DNA from: an uncultured virus (IMG/VR IMGVR_UViG_3300022468_000843)
Taxonomy: Duplodnaviria > Heunggongvirae > Uroviricota > Caudoviricetes
Reading direction: 5' to 3' (one strand)
IMG/VR virus record: IMGVR_UViG_3300022468_000843
DNA length: 64,000 bases
The notes under the pieces were generated by a model, which saw nothing but the letters and a program-made list of their open reading frames with translations, was not told the DNA's origin and did not search any database. Below, one piece after another: positions 8,893 through 17,959 of this stretch; position 1 is the first letter of the stretch; each line of letters starts with the position of its first letter. Made by a program: the position numbers and the translations under genes.

Positions 8893-9414
8893 ATGACCAA
8901 CAACGATCTCGTAGAGGCCACCCGCCCTCGCAAGAACCCCAGCTACAGCCCGAACTTGCACAAGTGGCTGACCATCTGGAGCAAGAACCACCCAGCAAGA
9001 CACACCCCAAGCGTATGGCGCGACGCCCAAGGCATGCTGCGCATCGGATACCAGTCGCGCACCGAGAGCGAGCGCGAGGACTGCGGGTTCATTGGTGTGC
9101 GCCTGAACGCGGTCCTTTGCGTCGGCGGCGGTGCAAACCGCGAGCGCGGATGGTTCACCAACCTGGGTCCAGGCAACATGACGGAGGTCGAGGACTTCTG
9201 GACGCGGTACATCGCCATCGGCCGCTGCGCGATCGACACCGAGCACAACACGCTCTTCATCGGCGACGACGACCGGTACACCACAGCAGGCGACATCAGA
9301 ACTTGCACATGGTGCGGCGCCCAGCACCGCATACGCATCGAAGTGAAGACCTACACAAAAGAGATCGTGCACCACGACCCCATCACCACGCAACCCACCG
9401 CCACCACACCATGA
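8893..9414 (+). CDS. Hypothetical phage protein
   Basis: GRCAID..H, CTWCG. Confidence 0.75.
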   Translation: MTNNDLVEATRPRKNPSYSPNLHKWLTIWSKNHPARHTPSVWRDAQGMLRIGYQSRTESEREDCGFIGVRLNAVLCVGGGANRERGWFTNLGPGNMTEVEDFWTRYIAIGRCAIDTEHNTLFIGDDDRYTTAGDIRTCTWCGAQHRIRIEVKTYTKEIVHHDPITTQPTATTP

Positions 9415-9767
9415 GCCACACGCCCGAACAAGCCCGCACCCTCTGGTGCCCGATGGTGCGCACCGCGCGCCGCGAGGTGGAAGCCGAAGCCGCCATCATC
9501 GACAGGCCGGGCGGCACCACACACATCCACGAGCGCGTCCAAATCGTCGGCGGCTGCAACACCGACGCACTGGGTCGATTGCGCATCCCCGCCTCCTGCC
9601 ACTGCATCGCCGACCAGTGCGCCATGTGGCGCTGGGAGTTCACCACGGCCAGCGTGCCCACCACCACGGAAGGTGCCAGCGGCATGCTGGCCCGCGTCTT
9701 CGAGCAAAAGACCGTGCGCACCCACGGCTACTGCGGCATTGCCGGCCGGCCCGAGGTGTTGGCATGA
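9411..9767 (+). CDS. Hypothetical Cys protein (WCP...CIADQCAMWRW...GYCG)
   Basis: ATGA overlaps; recurrent phage motif. Confidence 0.75.
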   Translation: MSHTPEQARTLWCPMVRTARREVEAEAAIIDRPGGTTHIHERVQIVGGCNTDALGRLRIPASCHCIADQCAMWRWEFTTASVPTTTEGASGMLARVFEQKTVRTHGYCGIAGRPEVLA

Positions 9768-10165
9768 CCCGCCTCACCTACCGCGCCAACGGCGACGCCA
9801 ACAGCTACGCGCTGCTCGATGACACCGGCAACTGGTTCATGAGCCTGCAGCTCAACGGCCAGCAGATGGAAGCCCAGCAGGAAGCAAACCTGCGTCGCCT
9901 CGCCGCCTGCTGGAACATCTGCGAAGGCTTCGACACCGACATGCTCGAGCACATCCTGTTGCTGGGCGAAACCATGCATTCGCGGTTCAAAGCGCGCGAC
10001 CGCGTCGAGGAAGTGCTGATCGCCGACCGCCTGCGGTTCCTGAAGGAGCGCGACGAGGCGCGTCACGTCATCCACCAGATCATGGAGATCGTCGACAAGC
10101 GGCAGGTGGCCGACTTTGTCGAGAAGTTCGGCAAGCTGCCACCGGGCGCACAAAAACCCCTGTAA
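9764..10165 (+). CDS. Hypothetical protein (EANLRRLAACWN motif)
   Basis: ATGA overlap. Confidence 0.75.
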   Translation: MTRLTYRANGDANSYALLDDTGNWFMSLQLNGQQMEAQQEANLRRLAACWNICEGFDTDMLEHILLLGETMHSRFKARDRVEEVLIADRLRFLKERDEARHVIHQIMEIVDKRQVADFVEKFGKLPPGAQKPL

Positions 10166-10241
10166 ATGCTCGGCTTTCCTGGACTGCAACAAAATTGTTG
10201 AGGCATAATCAAGCCACACCAACAGCAACCAGGAGAGCAGC
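10153..10241 (+). promoter_or_regulatory. Early promoter/operator module copy 4
   Basis: CTGCAACAAAATTGTTGAGGCAT (10184-10206), CATAAT, CAAGCCACACCAAC, GGAGAGCAGC-ATG. Confidence 0.78.
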
Positions 10242-10382
10242 ATGATCGAAGCACACGGAGTCAAGGGCCTGAAGAACAAGCCCTGGCGCAAGACCTTCAA
10301 GAGCCAGGCGGCATTCGAGGCCTGGCTCGACAAGAACGCCGGCGACGTCGAGGTGCATGCCACGCGCGAGGTGACGGCATGA
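10242..10382 (+). CDS. 46-aa protein not in ORF track (MIEAHGVKGLKNKPWRKTF...)
   Basis: Strong RBS, ATGA overlap with next ORF. Confidence 0.75.
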   Translation: MIEAHGVKGLKNKPWRKTFKSQAAFEAWLDKNAGDVEVHATREVTA

Positions 10383-10600
10383 CCCTCAACGGCCACATCA
10401 TCAGCACGCGCGGCAAGCGCCTGCACAGCATCGAGATCCCGATGGCCAGCACCGGCCTCACACGCCCGGTGATCCACGCGGCAGAGCAGGCCGCAAAGAC
10501 CTGGGCCCGCGAGAACGGCCACAAGGTCATCAGCGACATCGTGAGCCAGGGCGAGTACCGGGCATGGGTTCAGCCGGCCCGCACCAAGGAGGCAGCATGA
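10379..10600 (+). CDS. Hypothetical protein
   Basis: Coupled overlaps. Confidence 0.65.
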   Translation: MTLNGHIISTRGKRLHSIEIPMASTGLTRPVIHAAEQAAKTWARENGHKVISDIVSQGEYRAWVQPARTKEAA

Positions 10601-10725
10601 CCGCATTCGAGACAACCAACTGCAGCCTCTACGGCACAGCCGGCCTCAATTACGAGGCAACCGACCCGATCGCCTCCTACTACACCGACCGCGCCACGGG
10701 CGCCCACGCAGCAAAAGCACCATGA
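10597..10725 (+). CDS. 42-aa protein not in ORF track (MTAFETTNCSL...)
   Basis: AGGAGG RBS; ATGA overlaps at both ends. Confidence 0.55.
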   Translation: MTAFETTNCSLYGTAGLNYEATDPIASYYTDRATGAHAAKAP

Positions 10726-11117
10726 ACATCGACGCCAGCATCACCATCAGCCGCAACAGCAACGACACGATACGCATCGCCATCAAGGACCGGGCGTCCG
10801 GGGTGCGCTTTGCCGAGGTCGAACTGACACCGCACGACTTCGGCATGGCGGTCACCGGCCTGAGCGAGATCCCGGTGCCTTGCGTCGTTCGCGAACTTGA
10901 TGTGGTTGGAAAGACCAAAATCATGGAGACGCGCACCGTCGCCTGCCCGCTCACAACGCACGAACGGGCACCGCTGCGCGCCTGGGTGGTGGAGCACTGC
11001 CAGGAGCCGGGCTGGCGCGTTTCCTGCCGCCTGGACACCCAGGGCAGCGTCCAGCGATCGCCCTGCGGCGGCCAGCTTCTCCGCTACACCGTCTACCGAT
11101 ACGAGCACCAGGCATGA
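10722..11117 (+). CDS. Hypothetical protein
   Basis: Coupled overlaps. Confidence 0.75.
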   Translation: MNIDASITISRNSNDTIRIAIKDRASGVRFAEVELTPHDFGMAVTGLSEIPVPCVVRELDVVGKTKIMETRTVACPLTTHERAPLRAWVVEHCQEPGWRVSCRLDTQGSVQRSPCGGQLLRYTVYRYEHQA

Positions 11118-11314
11118 AGCGCGCCGATGCCATCGCTTGGATCCGCATCGCCGGGTACCACAACGACAGCAAGGCATTCACCCGCCTACTGATCGAAAAC
11201 CGCGTCTCGCGCGAGGCCGCCAACACGGCCTGGAGCAGCGGCATCAAGGCAAAGGCCGGCGGCATGGGCTGCACCTGCCACCACTGCAAAAAACCACAGG
11301 ACCAGAAAGCATGA
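11114..11314 (+). CDS. Hypothetical protein (C-term CTCHHC)
   Basis: Coupled overlaps. Confidence 0.7.
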   Translation: MKRADAIAWIRIAGYHNDSKAFTRLLIENRVSREAANTAWSSGIKAKAGGMGCTCHHCKKPQDQKA

Positions 11315-11628
11315 CTAGCCCCCTCAATTTTCTCTACGACGTCACCGCCCGCGAAACCGTCCCCTTCCAGGGCAACAGCCGCCTGACGTTCAACGACCGC
11401 CTGCAGCACGGCGTGCCCACCATCGCTGCGTCCTACACCGCCCAGAACAGCGACGGCCAGGACGTCGAGGTGTTCGTGGCCGCGATGCCCGCGCGCTTCT
11501 ACCGCATCAAGGTCGCGCCGCGCGACGACAAGCCGGGCTACACGATCACCACGGGCAGCGGCTGCGCCGACCTCGTGAGTCAAATGGCCGAAGCCATCGC
11601 GGACGGCATGCTGGGCCTTGAGCAATAA
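11311..11628 (+). CDS. Hypothetical protein
   Basis: ATGA overlap, start MTSPLNF. Confidence 0.7.
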   Translation: MTSPLNFLYDVTARETVPFQGNSRLTFNDRLQHGVPTIAASYTAQNSDGQDVEVFVAAMPARFYRIKVAPRDDKPGYTITTGSGCADLVSQMAEAIADGMLGLEQ

Positions 11629-11680
11629 CCCAGCGCCACACTCAACAATCAATTGCAGCAACAAATTCGACGCATACTGC
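11625..11680 (+). promoter_or_regulatory. Early promoter/operator module copy 5 (degenerate)
   Basis: ATAACCCAGCGCC; TTGCAGCAACAAATTCGACGCAT (11653-11675); CATACT. Confidence 0.6.
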
Positions 11681-11719
11681 ACACGTCCAGCAACATTAAT
11701 TTTTTTACCAAAGGCAACC

Positions 11720-12064
11720 ATGAACGCACCACGCGCAGGCCGCACCATCAACAAGCGCCAGACAACCCACCTGGAATTTTTCAAGCTCTGCGAGTGGATC
11801 AAGACGGCCGACATCGCCGGCGTGTACACCTTCACCCGCTGCGCGGAACTGGCCAGCGCGGTGATGAAGTTCCAGGTGCCCGTCACCGCCATCCAGTCCG
11901 CGCTCGAAGCGACAGGCCGCAAGCTCGAACAGCGCCCCGTCGATGTGCCCAAGACCGACGCCCAGCAGGTCATCGCGTCCGAGCTGTGCAAACTTATGGC
12001 CAGCCTCGGCCACGAGCCATCGCCCGAGCTGCGCAGCATCGCCAAGAGCACAGAGCTTTTCTGA
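11720..12064 (+). CDS. Hypothetical protein
   Basis: Start MNAPRAG after AAGG. Confidence 0.7.
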   Translation: MNAPRAGRTINKRQTTHLEFFKLCEWIKTADIAGVYTFTRCAELASAVMKFQVPVTAIQSALEATGRKLEQRPVDVPKTDAQQVIASELCKLMASLGHEPSPELRSIAKSTELF

Positions 12065-13161
12065 TGACCCGCACACCAAAAGGACAGATCGCCCGCGAGG
12101 GCGCCGTCAGCTTCGGCGACGCCAGCGTCAGCGTGTGGGAGGAAAGCATCCCATCGGCCAACAGCGTCGATGGCTTCAAGAAGCGCGACGCCTGGGAGTT
12201 GGCGTTCAAGCGCCAAGTGTTCGCCCGCATCGTGCAGACGTTGAACCGCATCGGGTGGACGGTGGTCATCCCGCCGACAAAACAGGACAGCCCGTCCTTC
12301 ACCCTCGGGTTCCGCGACTGCAGCAAGGGCGACCTCAAGGGCGAGCTGAGCGTCAGCGGCCGATGCATCGACTTCAAGATGTGGCAGGGCTTCAACACAC
12401 CCACCCGCCCAGACCACGGCGGCCGATACGAAAGCAATCTGGAGGGCTGCATGCCCTACCTCCTGCGCCTGGAGATGGAGCGCACGCGCCGGCGGATCCG
12501 CGACTACCTGTGCGCGGTTTTTGCTGGCTACAAATTTGATAGCAAGCATCGCAGCATTTACAAGCGCCCGATGCAGTTCACAGCCATGGAGCTGATCGAG
12601 CAGAGCTACGCCGAGAGCAGCCACTTCAAGGGCGACATGGCGGACTACCTCAAGAAGAACAGATATACCGAGCTGCCGAGCTACAACTGCACCAGCCGCG
12701 ATGGCCAGCGGATCGAGCACGGCGCGCGCGTCTGGTTCCGGGGATGGAATGGCCGCATCGGTGAGGGCATCGCCCACTACCACATCAACAATATGTGGTG
12801 GATCGTCACCGGGCGGTATGACCTGCGCAACGTCAGCACCGGCGATATCTGGGTGGCGCGCCCAGAGAACCCACGCGTCAAGCGCAACGAGCGCCAGCGC
12901 CGCAAGCGCCTGGAGGGCCTGCTGGCCGAAGCCGTCAAGGCCATGGACTTCGACCGCGCGAAGGTGCTCAAGGGCATCTTGTGGCCGACACCCGAGCCGC
13001 TGTTTCACATCCTCAAGGACGGCGCCTACTTCGCGCCCAACTACAGCGGCTACCGGGACAACCCTGTGGACGCCGGCAAGTACACCAAGGCAGAGCTGAA
13101 ACCCTACGCGGCCGAGATCGCGCGCGGTGACCTGAAGGCCATCCCCGTCACCACTGCGTAA
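12064..13161 (+). CDS. Hypothetical phage protein (~365 aa)
   Basis: TGATG overlap; YNINNMWW-like motif. Confidence 0.8.
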   Translation: MTRTPKGQIAREGAVSFGDASVSVWEESIPSANSVDGFKKRDAWELAFKRQVFARIVQTLNRIGWTVVIPPTKQDSPSFTLGFRDCSKGDLKGELSVSGRCIDFKMWQGFNTPTRPDHGGRYESNLEGCMPYLLRLEMERTRRRIRDYLCAVFAGYKFDSKHRSIYKRPMQFTAMELIEQSYAESSHFKGDMADYLKKNRYTELPSYNCTSRDGQRIEHGARVWFRGWNGRIGEGIAHYHINNMWWIVTGRYDLRNVSTGDIWVARPENPRVKRNERQRRKRLEGLLAEAVKAMDFDRAKVLKGILWPTPEPLFHILKDGAYFAPNYSGYRDNPVDAGKYTKAELKPYAAEIARGDLKAIPVTTA

Positions 13162-13176
13162 CCCCAGGAGAACACC

Positions 13177-13353
13177 ATGAAGCACATCCCCATTGCCATT
13201 TTTGCCGTCGGCGCCCTCATGCTGGTGGTGCACCTTTTTCAGAAGCTGGCAACCGGCTTCGGATACGCCGACGCAACCGACGCGATCGCCACCCTGGTGC
13301 TCGCCGGCGTCGCGCATTTTCTCTTTTCGGACAAGCAGAAAACAGCCGGATAA
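13177..13353 (+). CDS. 58-aa two-TM membrane protein not in ORF track
   Basis: AGGAG RBS; MKHIPIAIFAVGALMLVV... Confidence 0.7.
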   Translation: MKHIPIAIFAVGALMLVVHLFQKLATGFGYADATDAIATLVLAGVAHFLFSDKQKTAG

Positions 13354-13388
13354 AAACAATTTTGACCTAGAATCAAGGCCTCACCACC

Positions 13389-13409
13389 AGGGCCCATCGG
13401 GGCCCTTTT
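13389..13409 (+). terminator. Intrinsic terminator-like hairpin
   Basis: GGGCCC-ATCG-GGGCCC then TTTTC. Confidence 0.55.
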
Positions 13410-13422
13410 CTGCACCCGAAGC

Positions 13423-13980
13423 ATGTCCAAATCATACGTCCCACAGCCCGGCACCATCCCTCACCGCGTCATCGAGTACCTGCGTCGCCTCGCACCAGGA
13501 ACCCAGGCCGCAAACGCCGTCCTGGCCGACGAGCTGGACATCACCCAGTCGTCGATCATCATCTGCATGCTGGCCGCCCAGCACCACGGCGTCGTCAAGC
13601 GCGAGCGCCGGGAGGGCGTCATTTACTGGAGCCTTGGTGACGGCGTCCCTCTGGGGCCCGCACCAGATGCCGATGAAGACCCGGAGATGAAGTCCAAGAT
13701 CGTGCTCACACCAGCCGCCGCCGCTACAACCAACGACAAGCTGGCCAAGCGGCTGGAGAAGGCCATCAAGACAGGGGAGATTCCTCAGCCGGCACCGGAT
13801 CCAGATACCGAGCCGTGCCCCATCCAGATCAAGCTGAACCTTCCGCCACCTGAGCCCGTCTTCGGCGCGTTCAGCGACGGCAGCCTGAGCATCGACCACG
13901 GCGGCACGTTCCTGCGCCTCGGCGAGAAGCACGCCCAGGCGCTGCAGGCGTTCATGAGCCGGGCCTGGAAGCGGCCATAA
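13423..13980 (+). CDS. Protein with N-terminal winged HTH
   Basis: NAVLADELDITQSSI...GVVKRERR. Confidence 0.75.
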   Translation: MSKSYVPQPGTIPHRVIEYLRRLAPGTQAANAVLADELDITQSSIIICMLAAQHHGVVKRERREGVIYWSLGDGVPLGPAPDADEDPEMKSKIVLTPAAAATTNDKLAKRLEKAIKTGEIPQPAPDPDTEPCPIQIKLNLPPPEPVFGAFSDGSLSIDHGGTFLRLGEKHAQALQAFMSRAWKRP

Positions 13981-14056
13981 CCCCGCGCCGCGGTCTGGAA
14001 TTGTGCAGCAACAAAATTATTGAGGCAAAATCCAGACATCGCAACCAGGAGCCAAC
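13977..14056 (+). promoter_or_regulatory. Early promoter/operator module copy 6
   Basis: ATAACCCCGCGCC; CAGCAACAAAATTATTGAGGCAA (14006-14028); AGGAG. Confidence 0.72.
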
Positions 14057-14197
14057 ATGCACCGCCAGCACACACAAGACCTCAGCACACCACCAACGCG
14101 GGCAGAGCGCCGCGCGCAGGCCGGCTACGACTTCCTTTGCGCCTTGGTGATCGGCTGCGGGCTGGCGGCTGGACTGGTTTACGGCTGGAGCATTTGA
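14057..14197 (+). CDS. 46-aa single-TM protein not in ORF track
   Basis: AGGAG RBS; MHRQHTQ...FLCALVIGCGLAAGLVYGWSI. Confidence 0.65.
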   Translation: MHRQHTQDLSTPPTRAERRAQAGYDFLCALVIGCGLAAGLVYGWSI

Positions 14198-14265
14198 CAG
14201 CACCAGCTCCTGCCCGGTGACAGGGGGCAGCGGCGGGGATTGTCCCGGCAACACCACAACACACC

Positions 14266-14511
14266 ATGACCAAAAAGAAAATTCTCCCACGCCGCGCAAA
14301 AGACGTGGCCTTCGCAGCTCTGCCACCGGCCATCATTTGCAAGCCCCTGCGGTTCATCCGTGAGCAGACGGCGATCAAGGTCACCGACACCGCGACCGGC
14401 ACCGAGCACTGGGCGCCTGGGCCAGAATTCGAGCGCGCACGCAAGCTGGCCGACGTTGGTGACGGCGGCGCGGTGCAGAGCATGGCCCGCCGCCTTGCAT
14501 TGGCAGCCTGA
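14266..14511 (+). CDS. Hypothetical protein
   Basis: ORF in array. Confidence 0.6.
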   Translation: MTKKKILPRRAKDVAFAALPPAIICKPLRFIREQTAIKVTDTATGTEHWAPGPEFERARKLADVGDGGAVQSMARRLALAA

Positions 14512-14513
14512 CC

Positions 14514-14909
14514 ATGCGCATCGGCAACGGCCCGCGTCTTGCCATTCCCCGGCCCGGCAGCCCTGGCCGCCGGGGCTGGTACGGCCGCTACATAGACCGA
14601 GGCGAAGCCTACGACGAGTGGCGCGCCCTGCGGCTCCGCACGTTGCGCGTCATGCGCCGGCGGGCGGTTGCCGGCGACAAAAAGCCGGAGATCACCATCC
14701 TGCGCAACGTCCCGCTCGGTCGGTGGTGCAGGCAGGTTGACGACCACGGCCGCTGCTTCGGCCCCAGGCTGCAGCGCGAAGCCGACCTGCCAGAGACGAC
14801 GCGCGTGCGCATCGTCCAGCGCCAGGAGGAAGACCTCCACTCCCAGATCAGCCGCATGCTCAAGCGTGCACACCGCCTTTCAACTCGCGACAACACCACC
14901 ACACCATGA
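14514..14909 (+). CDS. Arg-rich hypothetical protein
   Basis: Fills gap, ATGA overlap with next. Confidence 0.5.
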   Translation: MRIGNGPRLAIPRPGSPGRRGWYGRYIDRGEAYDEWRALRLRTLRVMRRRAVAGDKKPEITILRNVPLGRWCRQVDDHGRCFGPRLQREADLPETTRVRIVQRQEEDLHSQISRMLKRAHRLSTRDNTTTP

Positions 14910-15130
14910 ACTTCCTCAGCCACCTGAACCCATTCAAGCAGCCCACCGCAGAGCAGATCCGCCAAGTCCAACTCGAACAAGCTGAGCGCATGGCGCTGGA
15001 GCACGAGTCGGCCGCTGAGCACCACGACGCCCTGGCCACCATGTACCGCGGCCGCATCGAGCGCCTGCGCGCCGCGGCGCCGGACGCCCACCACGCTATC
15101 GAGCTCAAGACCGGCCGCCGCGTCGCCTGA
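14906..15130 (+). CDS. Hypothetical protein
   Basis: FKQPTAE...LEHESAAEHH.ALA.MY..RI.RL pattern. Confidence 0.75.
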   Translation: MNFLSHLNPFKQPTAEQIRQVQLEQAERMALEHESAAEHHDALATMYRGRIERLRAAAPDAHHAIELKTGRRVA

Positions 15131-15154
15131 TCCCCGCAACTACCAACACCCACC

Positions 15155-16090
15155 ATGAAACAACTCATCAAAGCCGCCATCGTCTACAAGGCCGAACTGC
15201 CAGCGGTCGAGCACCTGGAAACGCACCTCCAGGAAAACCCGTTTACCGAGCTGATGAGCCTGCAGCTCCGCAGCGTCGGCTTCACCGCCTTCGACAGCGG
15301 GCTCTACACGTCCCCATTCCCCGGCGGCGTCGCCTTCAAGGTGCGCATCGACGAGAAGATCATCCCGAGCAGCGCCATCGAGCGCGAGTTCAAGCGCATG
15401 GTCGCGGAGACGCAGCGCCTCACCGGCCGCAAGCCCGGCAAGAAGGAATGCAAGGAAATCAAGCGGGCCGCGCTGCTGAGCCTCGCGCCCCAGGCGTTCC
15501 CGCGCACGGCTGAAATCACCGTCTTCTACGAGTACAGCACCCAGTACCTGCTGGTGCCCACCACCAGCAAAAAGCTGTCGGACATGATCACCAGCGCCCT
15601 GGTGCACGCGGTCGCCAGCATGAAGACCACCACGATCAACGTCAGCGGCATCAAGAAGGGCCTGACGGCGCGCATGACGAAGTGGCTGGCCAACGACAGC
15701 GAGGCCTTCGGCCAGTTCAACCCGACAGGCGACGCCGCCCTGGCCAACGACAAGCGCCGCCTGACCGTGAAGATGGCCGGCCTCATGGCAGCCAAGGAAG
15801 GCCTGCAGGAAGCGATCGGCAAGGGCTTCGAGGTCACGTCCCTGGGCTTCACCCACATCGACACCGGCGTCGAGTTCCGCCTGACGGACGCGTTCCACTT
15901 CAAGGGCATCGCGTTCGTGCACGACGGCGGAGAAAGCCAGGACGACGCGTTCACGGCTGACGCGGCGATCGAGGTGGCCGAGCTATCCAAGGTGGTCACC
16001 GAGCTGTGCGACATGATGGGGTACCAGCCCCCGGAGGAAGCCGAGGCAGCCCCGGGCGACGAGCCGGCAGCCGAGGACGCAGCAGAATGA
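15155..16090 (+). CDS. rdgC: Recombination-associated protein RdgC
   Basis: SVGF, EKIIPSSAI, KKECKEIK, LAPQAF motifs, ~310 aa. Confidence 0.85.
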   Translation: MKQLIKAAIVYKAELPAVEHLETHLQENPFTELMSLQLRSVGFTAFDSGLYTSPFPGGVAFKVRIDEKIIPSSAIEREFKRMVAETQRLTGRKPGKKECKEIKRAALLSLAPQAFPRTAEITVFYEYSTQYLLVPTTSKKLSDMITSALVHAVASMKTTTINVSGIKKGLTARMTKWLANDSEAFGQFNPTGDAALANDKRRLTVKMAGLMAAKEGLQEAIGKGFEVTSLGFTHIDTGVEFRLTDAFHFKGIAFVHDGGESQDDAFTADAAIEVAELSKVVTELCDMMGYQPPEEAEAAPGDEPAAEDAAE

Positions 16091-16284
16091 ACAAGCCCGA
16101 CACCCTGCCTGCCTGCGCCGTGCGCGGCAGCCTTCACGGAGGTCGGGCCATGTGCGGCGCCTCCATCATGGGCGGCAAGTGCGGCAGCGACAAACCCTGC
16201 GAGCACAAGGTCGAACCACCCAAAACCTGCCTGGGCTGCGGCGCCAAGGAACAGCCCGACGGCAGCCTGCCGTGCGGGCACTGA
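16087..16284 (+). CDS. Small Cys-rich protein
   Basis: ATGA overlap; CLGCG...LPCGH. Confidence 0.6.
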   Translation: MNKPDTLPACAVRGSLHGGRAMCGASIMGGKCGSDKPCEHKVEPPKTCLGCGAKEQPDGSLPCGH

Positions 16285-16293
16285 AAGGACAGC

Positions 16294-16929
16294 ATGAACG
16301 CTACAAAAGAGATAGCTGCCGACGCATGCCCAGCCGAGCTGGCTGTGCGTTTGGTACTGCGCGGCATCGACCAAGACGAGGCCGAGCACGAGGGCGGCTG
16401 GTGGCCCACGTCTGACGGCGTCGAGATGGGCGCCAAGAAGCTGGCCGAGGTGGTGGCCATCGTGCGCGGCCTGAATTCGCAACTGGAGCACGCCCAGGCC
16501 GCCCTGCGGCCACGCGCCACAGCGCTGGACAGCATCGCCTTGATGCGCGCCGTCATGCAGGCCGACGAGGCGATGGTCGGCCGCTGCTTGCGCGGCACCA
16601 CGAACTGGGCGGCCGCGATCGGGCGGGCGGTGCAGGATGCGGTGCTGGCGGCACAGGCACCCCAGCAGGCAGCGCCCGACGGCTGGCGTGAAGGCGTGGA
16701 AGCGGTCGCCAAGATGCTGACGAAAAAGGCGGACGACTACGCCGCCGAGTACGGCCACGACGACATGGGTGGCCTGTCTTTCGGCAGCGGCGACCTTGCC
16801 AATGATCGGCTGGACTACCACAGCAACTTGCTGGAGCTGGCGGCAGAAGTGCGCGCCATGCCCGCACCCACCACCACCCCCACCATCACCCACCTACCAC
16901 CCGACGACACAGAAGGAGGCTCGACATGA
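16294..16929 (+). CDS. Hypothetical mosaic protein (C-term HLPPDDTEGG)
   Basis: RBS AAGGA; typical phage C-terminal motif. Confidence 0.7.
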   Translation: MNATKEIAADACPAELAVRLVLRGIDQDEAEHEGGWWPTSDGVEMGAKKLAEVVAIVRGLNSQLEHAQAALRPRATALDSIALMRAVMQADEAMVGRCLRGTTNWAAAIGRAVQDAVLAAQAPQQAAPDGWREGVEAVAKMLTKKADDYAAEYGHDDMGGLSFGSGDLANDRLDYHSNLLELAAEVRAMPAPTTTPTITHLPPDDTEGGST

Positions 16930-17321
16930 GCAGGATCGACTATAGCTGGCTGGCCACCAAGCCGCCAAAGCCCGACGTCTACATGACGCGCATCAACACA
17001 TCCAAGGTGCACACCGTGCGCTACTGGGACGGCCAGCGCTGGTTCGACATTTCCACGTCGGGCACCACCAGCCGCGGCGGCAGCACGCCGTTTAAGTGGC
17101 CGAAAAAGCCACGCGTCAGCATCGGCTGGCGCAAGAAATACCCGCTGTCGCTGCGCAAGATCACCAACCAGACCGCCATTCAGTGGGGCACGCCGTACCG
17201 CGTCTATGACAACAAGGAAGTGCTGGCCCACCTGGTGAAAACCGGCGTCCTGCCGGCGTCTTGGCGCATTGCGTACCAGAACGAGATGCGCGCCGCAGAC
17301 CACCGGGAGATCCGGGGTTGA
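16926..17321 (+). CDS. Hypothetical protein
   Basis: GGAGG RBS, ATGA overlap. Confidence 0.7.
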   Translation: MSRIDYSWLATKPPKPDVYMTRINTSKVHTVRYWDGQRWFDISTSGTTSRGGSTPFKWPKKPRVSIGWRKKYPLSLRKITNQTAIQWGTPYRVYDNKEVLAHLVKTGVLPASWRIAYQNEMRAADHREIRG

Positions 17322-17902
17322 GCCGCGCGGCGATCATTTCACTCACGCGCAAGCACGGGCCGATGACAGCGAAACAGCTTGCGTCGGCCCTGTCGCTTCA
17401 GGGCAGCACCTTGCGCACCTGCCTGCGCCGCGCGCGCGCCCACGGCACGAAGTACATCCGCATTGCCGACTGGGCTGGCGGAGTGGCCATGTATGGGCCG
17501 GGGCCCGAGCCGGACGCCGAGGGCGGCAGCACGGGCGAGCGCGTGATGAGCCTCATGGAGGACGGCGGGCGCGCCACCGTGGCCAACATGGCGAAGCGCC
17601 TGGGCGTGACCGTCCTGGCCGTCGATGCCGCCGTGCGGCGTCTGCGCAAGAAGCCCGGCATGCTGCACATCGACGGCTGGGAGCGTCGCATCGGGCAGCC
17701 AGGCGGTCGCGAGGGTGCGATCTACAAGGCCGGACCCGGCAAGGACGCCCCCCGGCCGGACTTCACAAACAGCCAGCTCGAAGCCGAGCGCCGGCGGAAC
17801 GAAAAGCGCCGGATCAAGCACACCATCAACGGCGGCCGCACCAGGGCGCGCAAGGCCGCCAAGGGGCCCACAGCGGGCTTTTTTGACGGCCTCATGAGGT
17901 AG
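17318..17902 (+). CDS. Tandem winged-HTH protein
   Basis: TTGA overlap; two repeats (MTAKQLA...YGPGPEPDA / ATVANMA...YKAGPGKDA). Confidence 0.7.
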   Translation: MSRAAIISLTRKHGPMTAKQLASALSLQGSTLRTCLRRARAHGTKYIRIADWAGGVAMYGPGPEPDAEGGSTGERVMSLMEDGGRATVANMAKRLGVTVLAVDAAVRRLRKKPGMLHIDGWERRIGQPGGREGAIYKAGPGKDAPRPDFTNSQLEAERRRNEKRRIKHTINGGRTRARKAAKGPTAGFFDGLMR

Positions 17903-17915
17903 CCGGCCCAGACGC

Positions 17916-17941
17916 AAAAAAGCCGCCAATGAGGCGGCTTT
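17916..17941. terminator. Bidirectional intrinsic terminator
   Basis: AAAAAAGCCGCC-AATGA-GGCGGCTTT between convergent operons. Confidence 0.85.
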
Positions 17942-17959
17942 CTCGTTGTGGCGCAGGCA

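Noticed and set aside
4768..14056. CRISPR array or integron attC sites
   Set aside because: Repeats are kilobases apart, degenerate and promoter-like; no cas genes, no attC R-box structure, and the integrase is not IntI-like
14200..14250. GC-rich intergenic hairpin as a small RNA
   Set aside because: Single weak hairpin with no supporting repeat or U-tract
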